Below are positions 37,859 to 47,267 of a stretch of DNA of 64,000 nt, one piece after another. This DNA is from a virus. Every line of letters begins with the position of its first letter. Within the stretch, counting starts at the first letter, position 1. Position numbers and translations under genes: made by a program. The notes beneath the pieces are model-generated. The model worked only from the letters and a program-made list of their open reading frames with translations, did no database searches and was not told the DNA's origin. The stretch lies in IMG/VR virus record IMGVR_UViG_3300012920_009134, positions 1-64,000 of that record, one strand, 5' to 3'.

Positions 37859-38557
37859 ATGAAAGTTAATATAAGCATAGACGATGTAAGTCCGCACCCT
37901 TTTTCATCCACAAGAGTATTGGAGAGGTGTGGAGAATTAATAGAAGTATTTCCAGATATTAAGTTTTCTTTGTTTATTCCCCTTGCTTATTGGAGAACAA
38001 TGAAATCGGGAACAACCACAGCAAAACCAATGTACATTTCTGAGTTTCCAGAGTTCTGCGAAACTATACTTGAACTTCCAGAACAAAACTACGAGATAGG
38101 TTTTCATGGGTATTATCATGGAATCCCCGGTAAAAGTGATAATGATGAGTTTCAGTACTTGAATTATGATGACGCACTTGTTAAAATAGATCTGATGTTC
38201 GATGAGGTGGATAAGGCAGGTTTGCAGAATAAGTTTAGAAAAATATTTAGACCACCAGCGTGGCGGTTAAGTCCAGACTCATTTAAAGCACTGTCTGACA
38301 GGGGGTTTGAAGTGTTTGCATTAACTGATCTGCCTTATACAAGAGAAGTGTATGCCGGAGAAGAGGACAATCATCCATGTACTTATTCCAATCAATTTCC
38401 TCCATTTAAAGATCTACACGTAGAAGATAAAGCAGGTATTGTGTATCATGCTTGTGAGTGGGATAAGAACTTTCTTACTATAGAAAAGTCTCACGATTTA
38501 ACAAACTTTCTTGAAGACAAAGAGAAAACGTTCGTATTTCTAAAGGGATTGTTGTAA
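37859..38557 (+). CDS. Polysaccharide deacetylase (CE4/NodB-like)
   Basis: SIDDV, HGYYH, FRPPAW, late H. Confidence 0.8.
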   Translation: MKVNISIDDVSPHPFSSTRVLERCGELIEVFPDIKFSLFIPLAYWRTMKSGTTTAKPMYISEFPEFCETILELPEQNYEIGFHGYYHGIPGKSDNDEFQYLNYDDALVKIDLMFDEVDKAGLQNKFRKIFRPPAWRLSPDSFKALSDRGFEVFALTDLPYTREVYAGEEDNHPCTYSNQFPPFKDLHVEDKAGIVYHACEWDKNFLTIEKSHDLTNFLEDKEKTFVFLKGLL

Positions 38558-39261
38558 TGGGAATGACAGATGGGTATTTGATTCCAAAAATGCCTCAATA
38601 TATAGCAAAAAAGATTAACAGTCTAGATAGTGGTTCAAGAATCGCATGGTTAGGTCAAATTCATCCTGATATGAATGACACATGTGATATGTACAAGGCA
38701 ATAATGAATCTTGTTGAGGTTGAAGATTTAAGGTGTGACTTTTACGATCTGAATAATGATGACAGCATTGCTGAAAACTCTTATGTTTGGGATGTGAATA
38801 CTGAATGGGATTTTACAGGTTACGATATTATTGTTGCAGTGAGGATATTTTATGCCTGTAACTCTGCTAGTCAGTTAATAAGGAACATTAAAAAAATGGT
38901 ATCTACGGAACAAAACATAGTAGGTGATTTGATGTCCGGTAACACCGGTGCTCACATAACAAATCCAGAATCTGGTATTTATCGCCAGTATTACTCTACG
39001 ATGGTAGAGGATTGTGAAGTTTTTATGAAACCAGCAAACAGCAAGGCAATCATTCCAATGCTTCCAAAGATGTGGATTGATCATGATATCAAAAATCCTG
39101 TCGGCAAATTCGGTTTCGGTGTAAAGCAAAACCACAAAGATCAAGTTTTGACAGAAGAGATGCTTGCAGAAAGCGGAATTAAAGTTACACCAATATCAGT
39201 TTTTAGAGAACCGACAAAATATAGAATATATTCAATATGTGAGTTTACAAATGACGTTTAA
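38557..39261 (+). CDS. Hypothetical protein, possibly a degenerate methyltransferase fold
   Basis: IAWLG, FYDL, WDVN, YDIIV pattern only. Confidence 0.35.
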   Translation: MGMTDGYLIPKMPQYIAKKINSLDSGSRIAWLGQIHPDMNDTCDMYKAIMNLVEVEDLRCDFYDLNNDDSIAENSYVWDVNTEWDFTGYDIIVAVRIFYACNSASQLIRNIKKMVSTEQNIVGDLMSGNTGAHITNPESGIYRQYYSTMVEDCEVFMKPANSKAIIPMLPKMWIDHDIKNPVGKFGFGVKQNHKDQVLTEEMLAESGIKVTPISVFREPTKYRIYSICEFTNDV

Positions 39262-40279
39262 CTTTTTGCTTAGAGAAATGACACACCTTAGATATTTTAT
39301 CCCGATTGTTGAAGAGGGTAATGCAAGAGGTGTTAAATCTAACTTCTATATCACGCATTCTGGAAAGTATAACTGCCCAACAATCCACCGTGATTTTCTT
39401 AACAAAATCAAAAAAAAATATAACATCGGAACTCTTGAAGAGTATGATCTAGAGTCTATCGAGGGATTTTGGTTTGCAAACGAATCATCTGGTTTAGATA
39501 TAACAAAAAAAGTTGCAACGCAAAAAAGCGCGAAAGTAATCATCACAACATATCAAACAGATTTTACACAGTGCTATCCCAAATATTCAGCAATAGCAGA
39601 TTACATTATGATGCCAAGTGAGAAAGTTGCTCAGTACTATAACCTTGAAGGTGAAAAAAATATTTATGTTGGTATACCAAAGTATGATATAGAAATTGAC
39701 TCAAGTAAGGTGTTGGAAAAGTATGGACTTGATCTCAACAGAAAGAAAGTTCTACTTATGTGGCCAAAGTCAAGAGATCTGGCAAAGTTTCCTATTGATA
39801 TAATAAGTAACTTCCAACAGTTAGGGTGGCAAGTTTTAGTAAAGGCAAGAGGAAAGGATCCAATATCTAAAAATACGGCAAACTACTTATTGTCTGGTGG
39901 ACATAAGTTTTTTTACGATGGTTGGTTTCCACACACTTCGCAAGAACTTTTGGAAGTGAGTGATTTAGTCGTAAACTGTGGATCTACAACGATTGAAGAA
40001 TGTGTTATGCACGAAGTTCCTTTAATCAATTTCGATATAAAACCGGAAGTACGTCATGGCAAAAAACAAAAACACAGAGTGACTCATGATTATTTGTACA
40101 ACTATAAATTCTGTATAAACATTCCATCGCTTAATAAAAACTTTAACACCGCAATGTTAAACGCCATGATTCAATCGCTACTACAGAAAGATCTAAAATC
40201 AGAGTTTAAAAAGTGTAAGCAAGAATGGTTGTATGATCATAAAAATACTTGTAAAAACTTATTAGATATGATACTATAG
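39251..40279 (+). CDS. GT-B transferase, TagB/TagF- or KpsS-like; candidate CMP-ulosonate transferase
   Basis: GIPKYD, SDLVV..GSTTIEE…P; adjacent to neuA/neuB. Confidence 0.55.
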   Translation: MTFNFLLREMTHLRYFIPIVEEGNARGVKSNFYITHSGKYNCPTIHRDFLNKIKKKYNIGTLEEYDLESIEGFWFANESSGLDITKKVATQKSAKVIITTYQTDFTQCYPKYSAIADYIMMPSEKVAQYYNLEGEKNIYVGIPKYDIEIDSSKVLEKYGLDLNRKKVLLMWPKSRDLAKFPIDIISNFQQLGWQVLVKARGKDPISKNTANYLLSGGHKFFYDGWFPHTSQELLEVSDLVVNCGSTTIEECVMHEVPLINFDIKPEVRHGKKQKHRVTHDYLYNYKFCINIPSLNKNFNTAMLNAMIQSLLQKDLKSEFKKCKQEWLYDHKNTCKNLLDMIL

Positions 40280-40283
40280 TGGC

Positions 40284-40835
40284 ATGAAAGTTGTTGCTAT
40301 TATACCTGCTCGTGGTGGTTCTAAAAGACTTCCAAGAAAAAATATATATCCTATCTGGGGAAAACCAATGCTCTATTGGTCTGTCTTGGCAGCAAAGCAA
40401 AGTAGATACATTGATGAAGTGTGGGTAACCACAGAAGATAAAGAAATAAAGAAAGTTGCTCTAGAATGCGGTGCCCGAGTTCACGATAGGGATCCGATAC
40501 TGTCTGGTGACAAGGTATATAAGATGGAAGCAATAAGAAGTTGTTTCGGTGATATTGATAACGGAGAGGATATAGTTATTTCATTACAGGCAAACTCTCC
40601 CGAAATGACCGGCGAAATACTTGACAGTGCCATTGATTCTTTTATACAAAACGATAGACACGAGTTATTGAGCGTTTCGCCAAACCTTATGCAGAATGCT
40701 GCTTTCAGAATTATGAAATCTTGGTATGTCTTTCAGAAAGATCTAAGTACCAAGTGCGGTGTGTTTGTTTGTGATATACACGACGTTCATACAAAGGAGG
40801 ATATTGAGATGATAGAAGAGAGGACCAACCGATGA
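40284..40835 (+). CDS. neuA: Acylneuraminate (ulosonate) cytidylyltransferase
   Basis: IIPARGGSKRLPRKN, QANSP, DVHT..D. Confidence 0.85.
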   Translation: MKVVAIIPARGGSKRLPRKNIYPIWGKPMLYWSVLAAKQSRYIDEVWVTTEDKEIKKVALECGARVHDRDPILSGDKVYKMEAIRSCFGDIDNGEDIVISLQANSPEMTGEILDSAIDSFIQNDRHELLSVSPNLMQNAAFRIMKSWYVFQKDLSTKCGVFVCDIHDVHTKEDIEMIEERTNR

Positions 40836-41545
40836 AGATTATTGTAGATCTTTGTAACCAACATTTTGGAAGTCTAGAAGAGTTAAAAAGAATGTCTTTG
40901 AATGCTTTTCTTTCTGGCGCTGATGCTGTAAAAATTCAACTTTTAGATTCTGAAAAACTATTAGGCACAACAGAAAAAAAGTATAGAGATATTTGCTTTC
41001 AAGATGCTTACGAGTTGTCAAAATATTGTGATGACATTGGCATTGAGTTTATGGCATCTGTATTCGATGCAGAGAGATTTGAGTGGTTGGAAGATCTTGG
41101 AGTTCAAATGCACAAGATAGCTAGCAGAACATCAAGGCGCGATAAGGCACTGTCCGAACTTATACTTTCAGATGGAAAACCCACAATCATATCAACAGGT
41201 ATGCATGATTTTGCAGAGTTTCCATTTGGACACTCTGATCAGATTGAATATTTGTTCTGTGTATCCAAATATCCTACATATCTAGATGATGAAAAACTAG
41301 CAAAAATGCCGCATTTTAAGCGCCCTGGTTACTCTGGGTACAGTGACCATACGATTGGCATCGCGGCAGCGTTACGCGCCCATTCTCGCGGCGCTACGAT
41401 ACTAGAAAAGCATTTTTCTAATAACCTTGGTGCCCAAACAAGACTGGAAGGCGGGCACATAGGGTCTTTTGATCAGGACTCATTAAGAAACTTTGTTAAT
41501 ATCGTAAAACAATTTGAGATTATGGAGAAGAAAAGTGAGTATTAG
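40832..41545 (+). CDS. neuB: NeuB-family PEP-dependent ulosonate synthase lacking the C-terminal SAF domain
   Basis: NQH.G, GADAVK.Q, KIAS, ISTGM, CVSKYP, GYSDHT, LEKHF. Confidence 0.85.
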   Translation: MKIIVDLCNQHFGSLEELKRMSLNAFLSGADAVKIQLLDSEKLLGTTEKKYRDICFQDAYELSKYCDDIGIEFMASVFDAERFEWLEDLGVQMHKIASRTSRRDKALSELILSDGKPTIISTGMHDFAEFPFGHSDQIEYLFCVSKYPTYLDDEKLAKMPHFKRPGYSGYSDHTIGIAAALRAHSRGATILEKHFSNNLGAQTRLEGGHIGSFDQDSLRNFVNIVKQFEIMEKKSEY

Positions 41546-42161
41546 GAATCCTGATGTATCGGTCATCATCACAAACTATAACTACGAAAAGTATATTGCT
41601 CGCGCTGTCAGGAGTTGTTTGAACCAATCTCATGTTAATCATGAAGTTATAGTTGTTGATGATTGTAGCACCGACGATTCTGTAAAGACCTTAAATCCAT
41701 TCAAGGAACAGGTTAAAATTATTTCTACTGGGACTAATGGTGGCGTTGCTGTTGCTGCAAATATGGGAGTTAGAGAAGCGAGAGGTCAGTTTTTTATTCG
41801 TGTTGATGCAGACGATTACGTTAACTCTGATATGTGTTATATGATGAAAACATACCTTGAGGCAAATCACGATGCCTTTTGTGTGTCATGTGATTATCTT
41901 ATGGTAGATAACTTTGAAAACACACTAGAAAGGAAGTATGCAGAAGTAGAAAATATATCATGCGGCATCATGTACCGAAGAGATCCTTTCCTCGCAGTTG
42001 GCGGGTACAACAACAAAATGAGACACAGAGAGGAAGAGGAACTTCGAAAAAGATTGGGACAAGACTATAAAATACATCATTTGAAGATTCCGTTTTATAG
42101 ATATAGGATGCATAACACAAACAAAACAAAAGAACCAGAATACAAAACGTGGGAGATATGA
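41535..42161 (+). CDS. Glycosyltransferase, GT2 family
   Basis: SVIITNYN, VDDCSTD, VDADD. Confidence 0.88.
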   Translation: MSIRNPDVSVIITNYNYEKYIARAVRSCLNQSHVNHEVIVVDDCSTDDSVKTLNPFKEQVKIISTGTNGGVAVAANMGVREARGQFFIRVDADDYVNSDMCYMMKTYLEANHDAFCVSCDYLMVDNFENTLERKYAEVENISCGIMYRRDPFLAVGGYNNKMRHREEEELRKRLGQDYKIHHLKIPFYRYRMHNTNKTKEPEYKTWEI

Positions 42162-42164
42162 AAG

Positions 42165-42851
42165 ATGAGTAAAAAGATTTTTATTACAGGGTGTGCAAAA
42201 TCAGGCACCACATTGTTACTGAGAATGTGTTATGCATTCAAGGACACGGAAGTTTTATACAGAGAGGGGTTTGACGGACACGAACTACCATTCAATGATT
42301 TCGTTGATCATAAAAGTGAAAACAAGTTTATTATTGGAAAGAGACACCCACCAGCACTTTTGAGTAACGTGTTGATTCCTGAATTCGCTGAACAGGCAGC
42401 AACCGTTATTTCACAAGACATTGCGATTATAAATGTTGTTAGGGATGGACGAGATGTAGTGCTCTCTGATGGCAACTATGTAAAACCAAGAAGATGGATC
42501 GATACTGTGAAACAGAGAGATAAAGAAGTGTTCGGTGCTTTGATCGATTTAGAAGTCAGGTATGAAGATTTAGTTAGAAATCCAGAGAAGATTCAAAAAC
42601 AAATGGAAGAGTTGTTTGGATTGGAGTCGGAACATAGTTTTGCAAAATATCCAGAGTACGTAGAAGATTGGGTCTACGAGTGGAATGTTTCTGTATTGGG
42701 TCGTGCAGGCAAGGGAAATGATTCTGATTATGGTAAACGAAAGTTGAGTGACAAAGGTGTTGGCAAAGACCCAGAAGCATATAAGGACATATGTTCAGAA
42801 CTGGAACTTCCTGAGTTTGAAAAATGTTTGAAGGAGTTGAGATACATATGA
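42165..42851 (+). CDS. PAPS-dependent sulfotransferase
   Basis: 5'-PSB GCAKSGTT, 3'-PB VRDGRDVVLS, RYEDLV..P. Confidence 0.82.
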   Translation: MSKKIFITGCAKSGTTLLLRMCYAFKDTEVLYREGFDGHELPFNDFVDHKSENKFIIGKRHPPALLSNVLIPEFAEQAATVISQDIAIINVVRDGRDVVLSDGNYVKPRRWIDTVKQRDKEVFGALIDLEVRYEDLVRNPEKIQKQMEELFGLESEHSFAKYPEYVEDWVYEWNVSVLGRAGKGNDSDYGKRKLSDKGVGKDPEAYKDICSELELPEFEKCLKELRYI

Positions 42852-43717
42852 GAGCATTGGTTACAGGTCATGAAGGATACATTGGCGGTAATTTTGTAAA
42901 AGAATGGGTGAAGAGAGGTCATGAGTATCTTGGATATGATATGAAGAATAATCATGAGTTTGATCTCTCAAAAAGAATAAAAGAACTTTACATTAATCAC
43001 AAAAACAAACCTATTGATGTTGTGATACATTTTGCTGCTATACCGAGAGTTGCTTTTAGTGTAGAACAACCAGTTTATGTTATGAATAACAATATAAACT
43101 CGACAACTAGAGTGTTGAATTGGGCAAAAAAAGAAAATATCCCAGTTGTTTATAGTTCGTCTTCTTCTGTTGTCGGTAACGGAACTGGTCCCGCTAGTCC
43201 ATACGCGCTGTCTAAGTATGTTGGAGAAATGGAGACCATACTGTATAATCAGTTATATGGTCTTAAGACTGTAGCGTTGAGATATTTTAATGTCTATTCT
43301 TACGACCAACAGGCAGACAGTGAGTATGCCACTGTTGTATGCAATTGGAAAAAGTTCATTACAGAGGGTCGGACTCCTTTTATTACCGGTGATGGAGAGC
43401 AGAGGAGAGACATGACTCATGTTGACGATATCGTTTCAGCAAATATTTTCTGCGCAGAGAACATTGATAATGATGAACTTTGGGGGCACTGGTATGATAT
43501 TGGATCTGGTGAAAACATTTCTTTAAATGAATTGAAAGAAATTGTGTTACAATATTTCCCAGAGCAAAGATTTGACTATATAGACCCCAGACCAGGAGAT
43601 GTAATGTATACTGAGGCAGATTTGTCTAAGTTCAAAGCACATGGGTGGGAAAGCAAGGTACGACTTCAAGAAGGTCTAAATCTTGTTTATAAGACATTAA
43701 AAGAGGAGTTGGGATAA
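42848..43717 (+). CDS. NAD-dependent nucleotide-sugar epimerase/dehydratase
   Basis: TGHEGYIG, SSSSV, YALSK, LRYFNVY, GDGEQRRD. Confidence 0.9.
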   Translation: MRALVTGHEGYIGGNFVKEWVKRGHEYLGYDMKNNHEFDLSKRIKELYINHKNKPIDVVIHFAAIPRVAFSVEQPVYVMNNNINSTTRVLNWAKKENIPVVYSSSSSVVGNGTGPASPYALSKYVGEMETILYNQLYGLKTVALRYFNVYSYDQQADSEYATVVCNWKKFITEGRTPFITGDGEQRRDMTHVDDIVSANIFCAENIDNDELWGHWYDIGSGENISLNELKEIVLQYFPEQRFDYIDPRPGDVMYTEADLSKFKAHGWESKVRLQEGLNLVYKTLKEELG

Positions 43718-44583
43718 TGAAGTTAGGTATTATTGGAAATGGTTTTGTTGGTAACGCAATTGCACATGCTTTTATTCCATGCATGGAGGTAAAGATATAT
43801 GACAAAAATCCAGATAAGTGCTTTAACGAACTTGCTGATGTTGTTAATGATTCAGATGTGGTGTTCATATCGGTTCCAACCCCAATGACTCAAGAGGGGT
43901 TGATAGACTTGTCGATTGTACATGGCGTCTTTGAGGAAATCGAGTCTGTCAAGACTAATGAATCTAGACCTATTTTTGTTTTAAAATCAACAGTTGTACC
44001 AGGTACTACGAGAAAAATAAAACAAAAACATCCCAATTTGCAGATCGTTTTTAATCCTGAGTTTTTGACAGAGCGACATGCTCGATTCGACTTTTTGAAT
44101 CAAAGCAGGATTGTTCTTGGTTTTGAGGAGGATCTTCAACCTGGACAAAGAAATCTTACAGTTGATAAGGTTAAGAAACTGTATGATCTTAGGTTTTCTG
44201 GAAACAACTTTATTACAACAAATTACGAGACGGCAGAAATGATTAAGTATTTTAATAACCTCTTTTTTGCGGTAAAGGTATCTTTTATGAACGAAATGAA
44301 GTTAGTTGCAGACAAACTTGAAACAGTAAACTGGGACAAGGCGGTAAGGGGTTTTGTTTCGGATGGGCGCGTGGGAGATTCGCATTTGCAAGTCCCTGGT
44401 CCAGATGGTAAGTGTGGTTTTGGTGGTTCGTGTTTCCCTAAAGATATAAACGCATTCATGACATTTGCTGATTCTATTGGATTAGATTTGGCAGTGTTGA
44501 AGGGTGCGTGGAAAACAAATCTAAATGTAAGACCAGAGAAAGACTGGGAAAATCTAAAAGGAAGGGCAATATCGGATGACTAA
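43717..44583 (+). CDS. UDP-glucose/GDP-mannose dehydrogenase family, lacking the C-terminal domain
   Basis: GNGFVG, VPTP, KSTVVPGT, NPEFL, GFGGSCFPKD; only 288 aa. Confidence 0.88.
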   Translation: MKLGIIGNGFVGNAIAHAFIPCMEVKIYDKNPDKCFNELADVVNDSDVVFISVPTPMTQEGLIDLSIVHGVFEEIESVKTNESRPIFVLKSTVVPGTTRKIKQKHPNLQIVFNPEFLTERHARFDFLNQSRIVLGFEEDLQPGQRNLTVDKVKKLYDLRFSGNNFITTNYETAEMIKYFNNLFFAVKVSFMNEMKLVADKLETVNWDKAVRGFVSDGRVGDSHLQVPGPDGKCGFGGSCFPKDINAFMTFADSIGLDLAVLKGAWKTNLNVRPEKDWENLKGRAISDD

Positions 44584-44974
44584 AAGAGCAATGTTTATTG
44601 GTAGATGGCAACCATTTCATAATGGCCATAAGTGGTTGATTAACCAAAAACTAGGAGAAGGCAAACCAATCTTGATCGCGGTTAGGGATATCCCACCAGA
44701 TGAAAAGAATCCGTTTACGACGGAGCAAACTGTAGAAATGATACAAAAGGTATACAGTGAACAAGATGTGGAGGTAGTTTGTATCCCAGACATTGAAAGT
44801 GTTAACTGGGGTCGTGGCGTTGGGTATGGACTTAACGAGCACGTACCACCACAGAACATTGGATTCATTTCGGCAACAGGAATCAGAAACAACATCAAGG
44901 ATGGTGTGGATTCTTGGCGAGAAAACGTAGATCCGTCCATCCAAGAGATGGTCGTAAGGTATTTAGGAGAATAA
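44576..44974 (+). CDS. Minimal HxGH nucleotidyltransferase (NMNAT/cytidylyltransferase-like); candidate sulfate adenylyltransferase
   Basis: GRWQPFHNGH, NPF, ISATGIR; directly upstream of APS kinase. Confidence 0.75.
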   Translation: MTKRAMFIGRWQPFHNGHKWLINQKLGEGKPILIAVRDIPPDEKNPFTTEQTVEMIQKVYSEQDVEVVCIPDIESVNWGRGVGYGLNEHVPPQNIGFISATGIRNNIKDGVDSWRENVDPSIQEMVVRYLGE

Positions 44975-44975
44975 A

Positions 44976-45518
44976 GTGAGCGGTATTTTTATACAAATGA
45001 CAGGAATGAGCGGTGCTGGTAAGTCTACTATGACTTTTCTTGCACAAACCAGACTCAGAGAAATGGGTCACAATGTAGAGGTGATTGATGGTGATGAGTA
45101 TAGGGAAGGATTATGTAAGGATTTGGGATTTTCAAAAGAAGACAGGAATACGAATATTAGGAGATTGTCTTTCGTTGGGAAGGTGTTGTCTAGAAATGAT
45201 GTGGTGTGTATAATGTCCGCTATAAATCCATACGACAGCGTCAGGAGAGAAGTTCAAGCAAACAATCCCTTGTCCAAAATAGTGTATGTTAAGTGTGAAA
45301 TAGACACACTGATAGATAGAGATCCAAAAGGACTATATCGAAGAGCACTTTTGCCAAAGGGTGATCCTGACCACATTCCAAATTTTACAGGTATTTCGGA
45401 TCCTTTCGAGGTTCCAAAGAATGCAGACTTGGTTATTGATACAGAAAAGCAAACTGTAGATAAATCAGTTGATGTGTTGGTGGATTTTATATTAAAAAAC
45501 TTAGGAGAAAAAAAATGA
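44976..45518 (+). CDS. cysC: Adenylylsulfate (APS) kinase
   Basis: TGMSGAGKST, DGD, LGFSKEDRNTNIRR, RDPKGLY, FTGISDPFE. Confidence 0.92.
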   Translation: MSGIFIQMTGMSGAGKSTMTFLAQTRLREMGHNVEVIDGDEYREGLCKDLGFSKEDRNTNIRRLSFVGKVLSRNDVVCIMSAINPYDSVRREVQANNPLSKIVYVKCEIDTLIDRDPKGLYRRALLPKGDPDHIPNFTGISDPFEVPKNADLVIDTEKQTVDKSVDVLVDFILKNLGEKK

Positions 45519-45715
45519 AATTATCAAATCAAGCATTGGGTGCTATTATGTTGGCGTTGCAAAACTCTTTAATGAAACAGACAGATATTGTTCCAGTGTT
45601 GAGAGATTTTGATTTAATGTTGGGGGAAAATGAGGAGATTATTGTTCTTAATCCGCCAACCTTAGATGCTAGTGATATGCCCGTTGAAAATAAAAACACA
45701 GTTGGGAGCGACTAG
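45515..45715 (+). CDS. Hypothetical protein
   Basis: AGGAG RBS; ATGA overlap. Confidence 0.6.
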   Translation: MKLSNQALGAIMLALQNSLMKQTDIVPVLRDFDLMLGENEEIIVLNPPTLDASDMPVENKNTVGSD

Positions 45716-45969
45716 TGCCAATTTATCAATATCTTTGTTTAGATTGCAAAAAATCTTTTAACGCATTTCACTCTATGAACAAAGAATATGAGGGTACTTG
45801 CGGGTTTTGTGAATCTGGCAATGTTGAAAAGGTCATATCAGACATTTCAGGTATTGTAAGTGAAGATAGGTTTGAGACAAAAGCGGGTGATCTAGTAAAA
45901 TCTCACATTGAAGAGGCAAAACAGGACATTAGAAAACAAAAGAAAGAAATGAAAAGAGGGTTCGAATGA
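45715..45969 (+). CDS. FmdB-like zinc-ribbon protein
   Basis: MPIYQYLCLDC…CGFC. Confidence 0.75.
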   Translation: MPIYQYLCLDCKKSFNAFHSMNKEYEGTCGFCESGNVEKVISDISGIVSEDRFETKAGDLVKSHIEEAKQDIRKQKKEMKRGFE

Positions 45970-46271
45970 TATTGGAAATACTTTTAGTTGTATTTGCTAT
46001 TTTAATTTTATTTTTAGGATTTTATTCTGTCAGACTTGCTAGAAGGTTGTTTGTTGTTGGCACCAATCTTGAAGCAGTATACAATATTATATACGCTTTT
46101 CGTGCACATGTTGAACAGATCCACGAATCAGAAATGTTTTATGGGGACATGACGCTTAAATCGTTGATAGATCATTCTAAAGAAGTGTTAGATGAACTCG
46201 ATAAATATGAAGATTTAATGCAAATCGTAGAATCAGAACAGGTTGGAGAGGATGCCGAAGAAGAAGAATAA
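45966..46271 (+). CDS. Membrane-anchored hypothetical protein
   Basis: N-terminal transmembrane helix. Confidence 0.6.
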   Translation: MILEILLVVFAILILFLGFYSVRLARRLFVVGTNLEAVYNIIYAFRAHVEQIHESEMFYGDMTLKSLIDHSKEVLDELDKYEDLMQIVESEQVGEDAEEEE

Positions 46272-46947
46272 AAATTATTATTTCACTAGTGTGCACGAAG
46301 AAGCAATAGTGGAATACTGCTCTACTGAATCTAGAGATGAAAGAGAGAAGTTATATATAAATTACATACAACCCGCCTTTAGTGAGATGGTTGATAAGAT
46401 TATCTACACTTACAAGTTCACTAACATACCCAATATCGATGTTCTCAAGGATGATTGCAAGGTTTGGTTGACAACTATCCTTAGCAAATACGACCCCAAT
46501 AGAGGATCGAAAGCATTTTCATATTTTTCGGTTATTACAAAACACTGGTTTATACATCAACTTAAAAAGAACTCTACCAAAATTAAAAGAGAAGTTGCAT
46601 ATGAAGAGATTGTAAAAGAAAACCAGCACGAAAGATTGATATACAATGATGATACGTATTTGAGAGAAAGACAGAAAGCAGAGTTTTGGTATCACTTAAA
46701 AGGTGAGGTTGATAGGTGGGCAGATTCTAATCTCTTTACAAAAGACAACGAAAAGAAAGTCATCCAAGCAGTAAAGATTTTGCTTGAGAGTGTGCAAGAT
46801 ATAGAAATCTTAAACAAAAAGGCGGTATATTTGTACCTCCGCGAAATGACTGGATTGAAAACTAAACAGATTGTAAATACACTAAACAAGATGAGGACTA
46901 GATATAAGTTCTTTATTTTAAAATATGATCGCGGAGATAAATTTTAG
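46252..46947 (+). CDS. Phage sigma factor, T4 gp55-like late sigma
   Basis: N-terminal K..YF, region-2 motif KYDPNRGSKAFSYFSVI, C-terminal HTH-like helices. Confidence 0.72.
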   Translation: MPKKKNKNYYFTSVHEEAIVEYCSTESRDEREKLYINYIQPAFSEMVDKIIYTYKFTNIPNIDVLKDDCKVWLTTILSKYDPNRGSKAFSYFSVITKHWFIHQLKKNSTKIKREVAYEEIVKENQHERLIYNDDTYLRERQKAEFWYHLKGEVDRWADSNLFTKDNEKKVIQAVKILLESVQDIEILNKKAVYLYLREMTGLKTKQIVNTLNKMRTRYKFFILKYDRGDKF

Positions 46948-46964
46948 AAATTGATATTTAGATT

Positions 46965-47267
46965 ATGGAAAAAGATTTAGACAAATACCTAGAAGATGCA
47001 ACAAGAAATGTGACAGAAGATCGCGCCGCGACAAAAGTCTTGTTAACCAACATAATGAAATACATGCAGTCGACTGATGATAGACACAGGGAAGTCGGAT
47101 TGATAGCGGCAAAATATTTAGAAACACTTCAGAGATCTAACGAACAGTTGGTTAAGATTGCATCATTAGTTCAGAAAGCAACTAAATCTAGTCTTGATAA
47201 CTCTATCAGTGATGATGAGAAGGATGAGTTATTTGATTTAATCAATAACAACACTGAGGAAGACTGA
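46965..47267 (+). CDS. Hypothetical helical protein
   Basis: Preceded by GATATTTA late-motif variant. Confidence 0.6.
   Translation: MEKDLDKYLEDATRNVTEDRAATKVLLTNIMKYMQSTDDRHREVGLIAAKYLETLQRSNEQLVKIASLVQKATKSSLDNSISDDEKDELFDLINNNTEED

Noticed and set aside
26611-45518. Bacterial LPS/capsule locus or chimeric contig
   Set aside because: Continuous overlapping gene junctions with phage genes on both sides, the same RGCY avoidance, and no export genes
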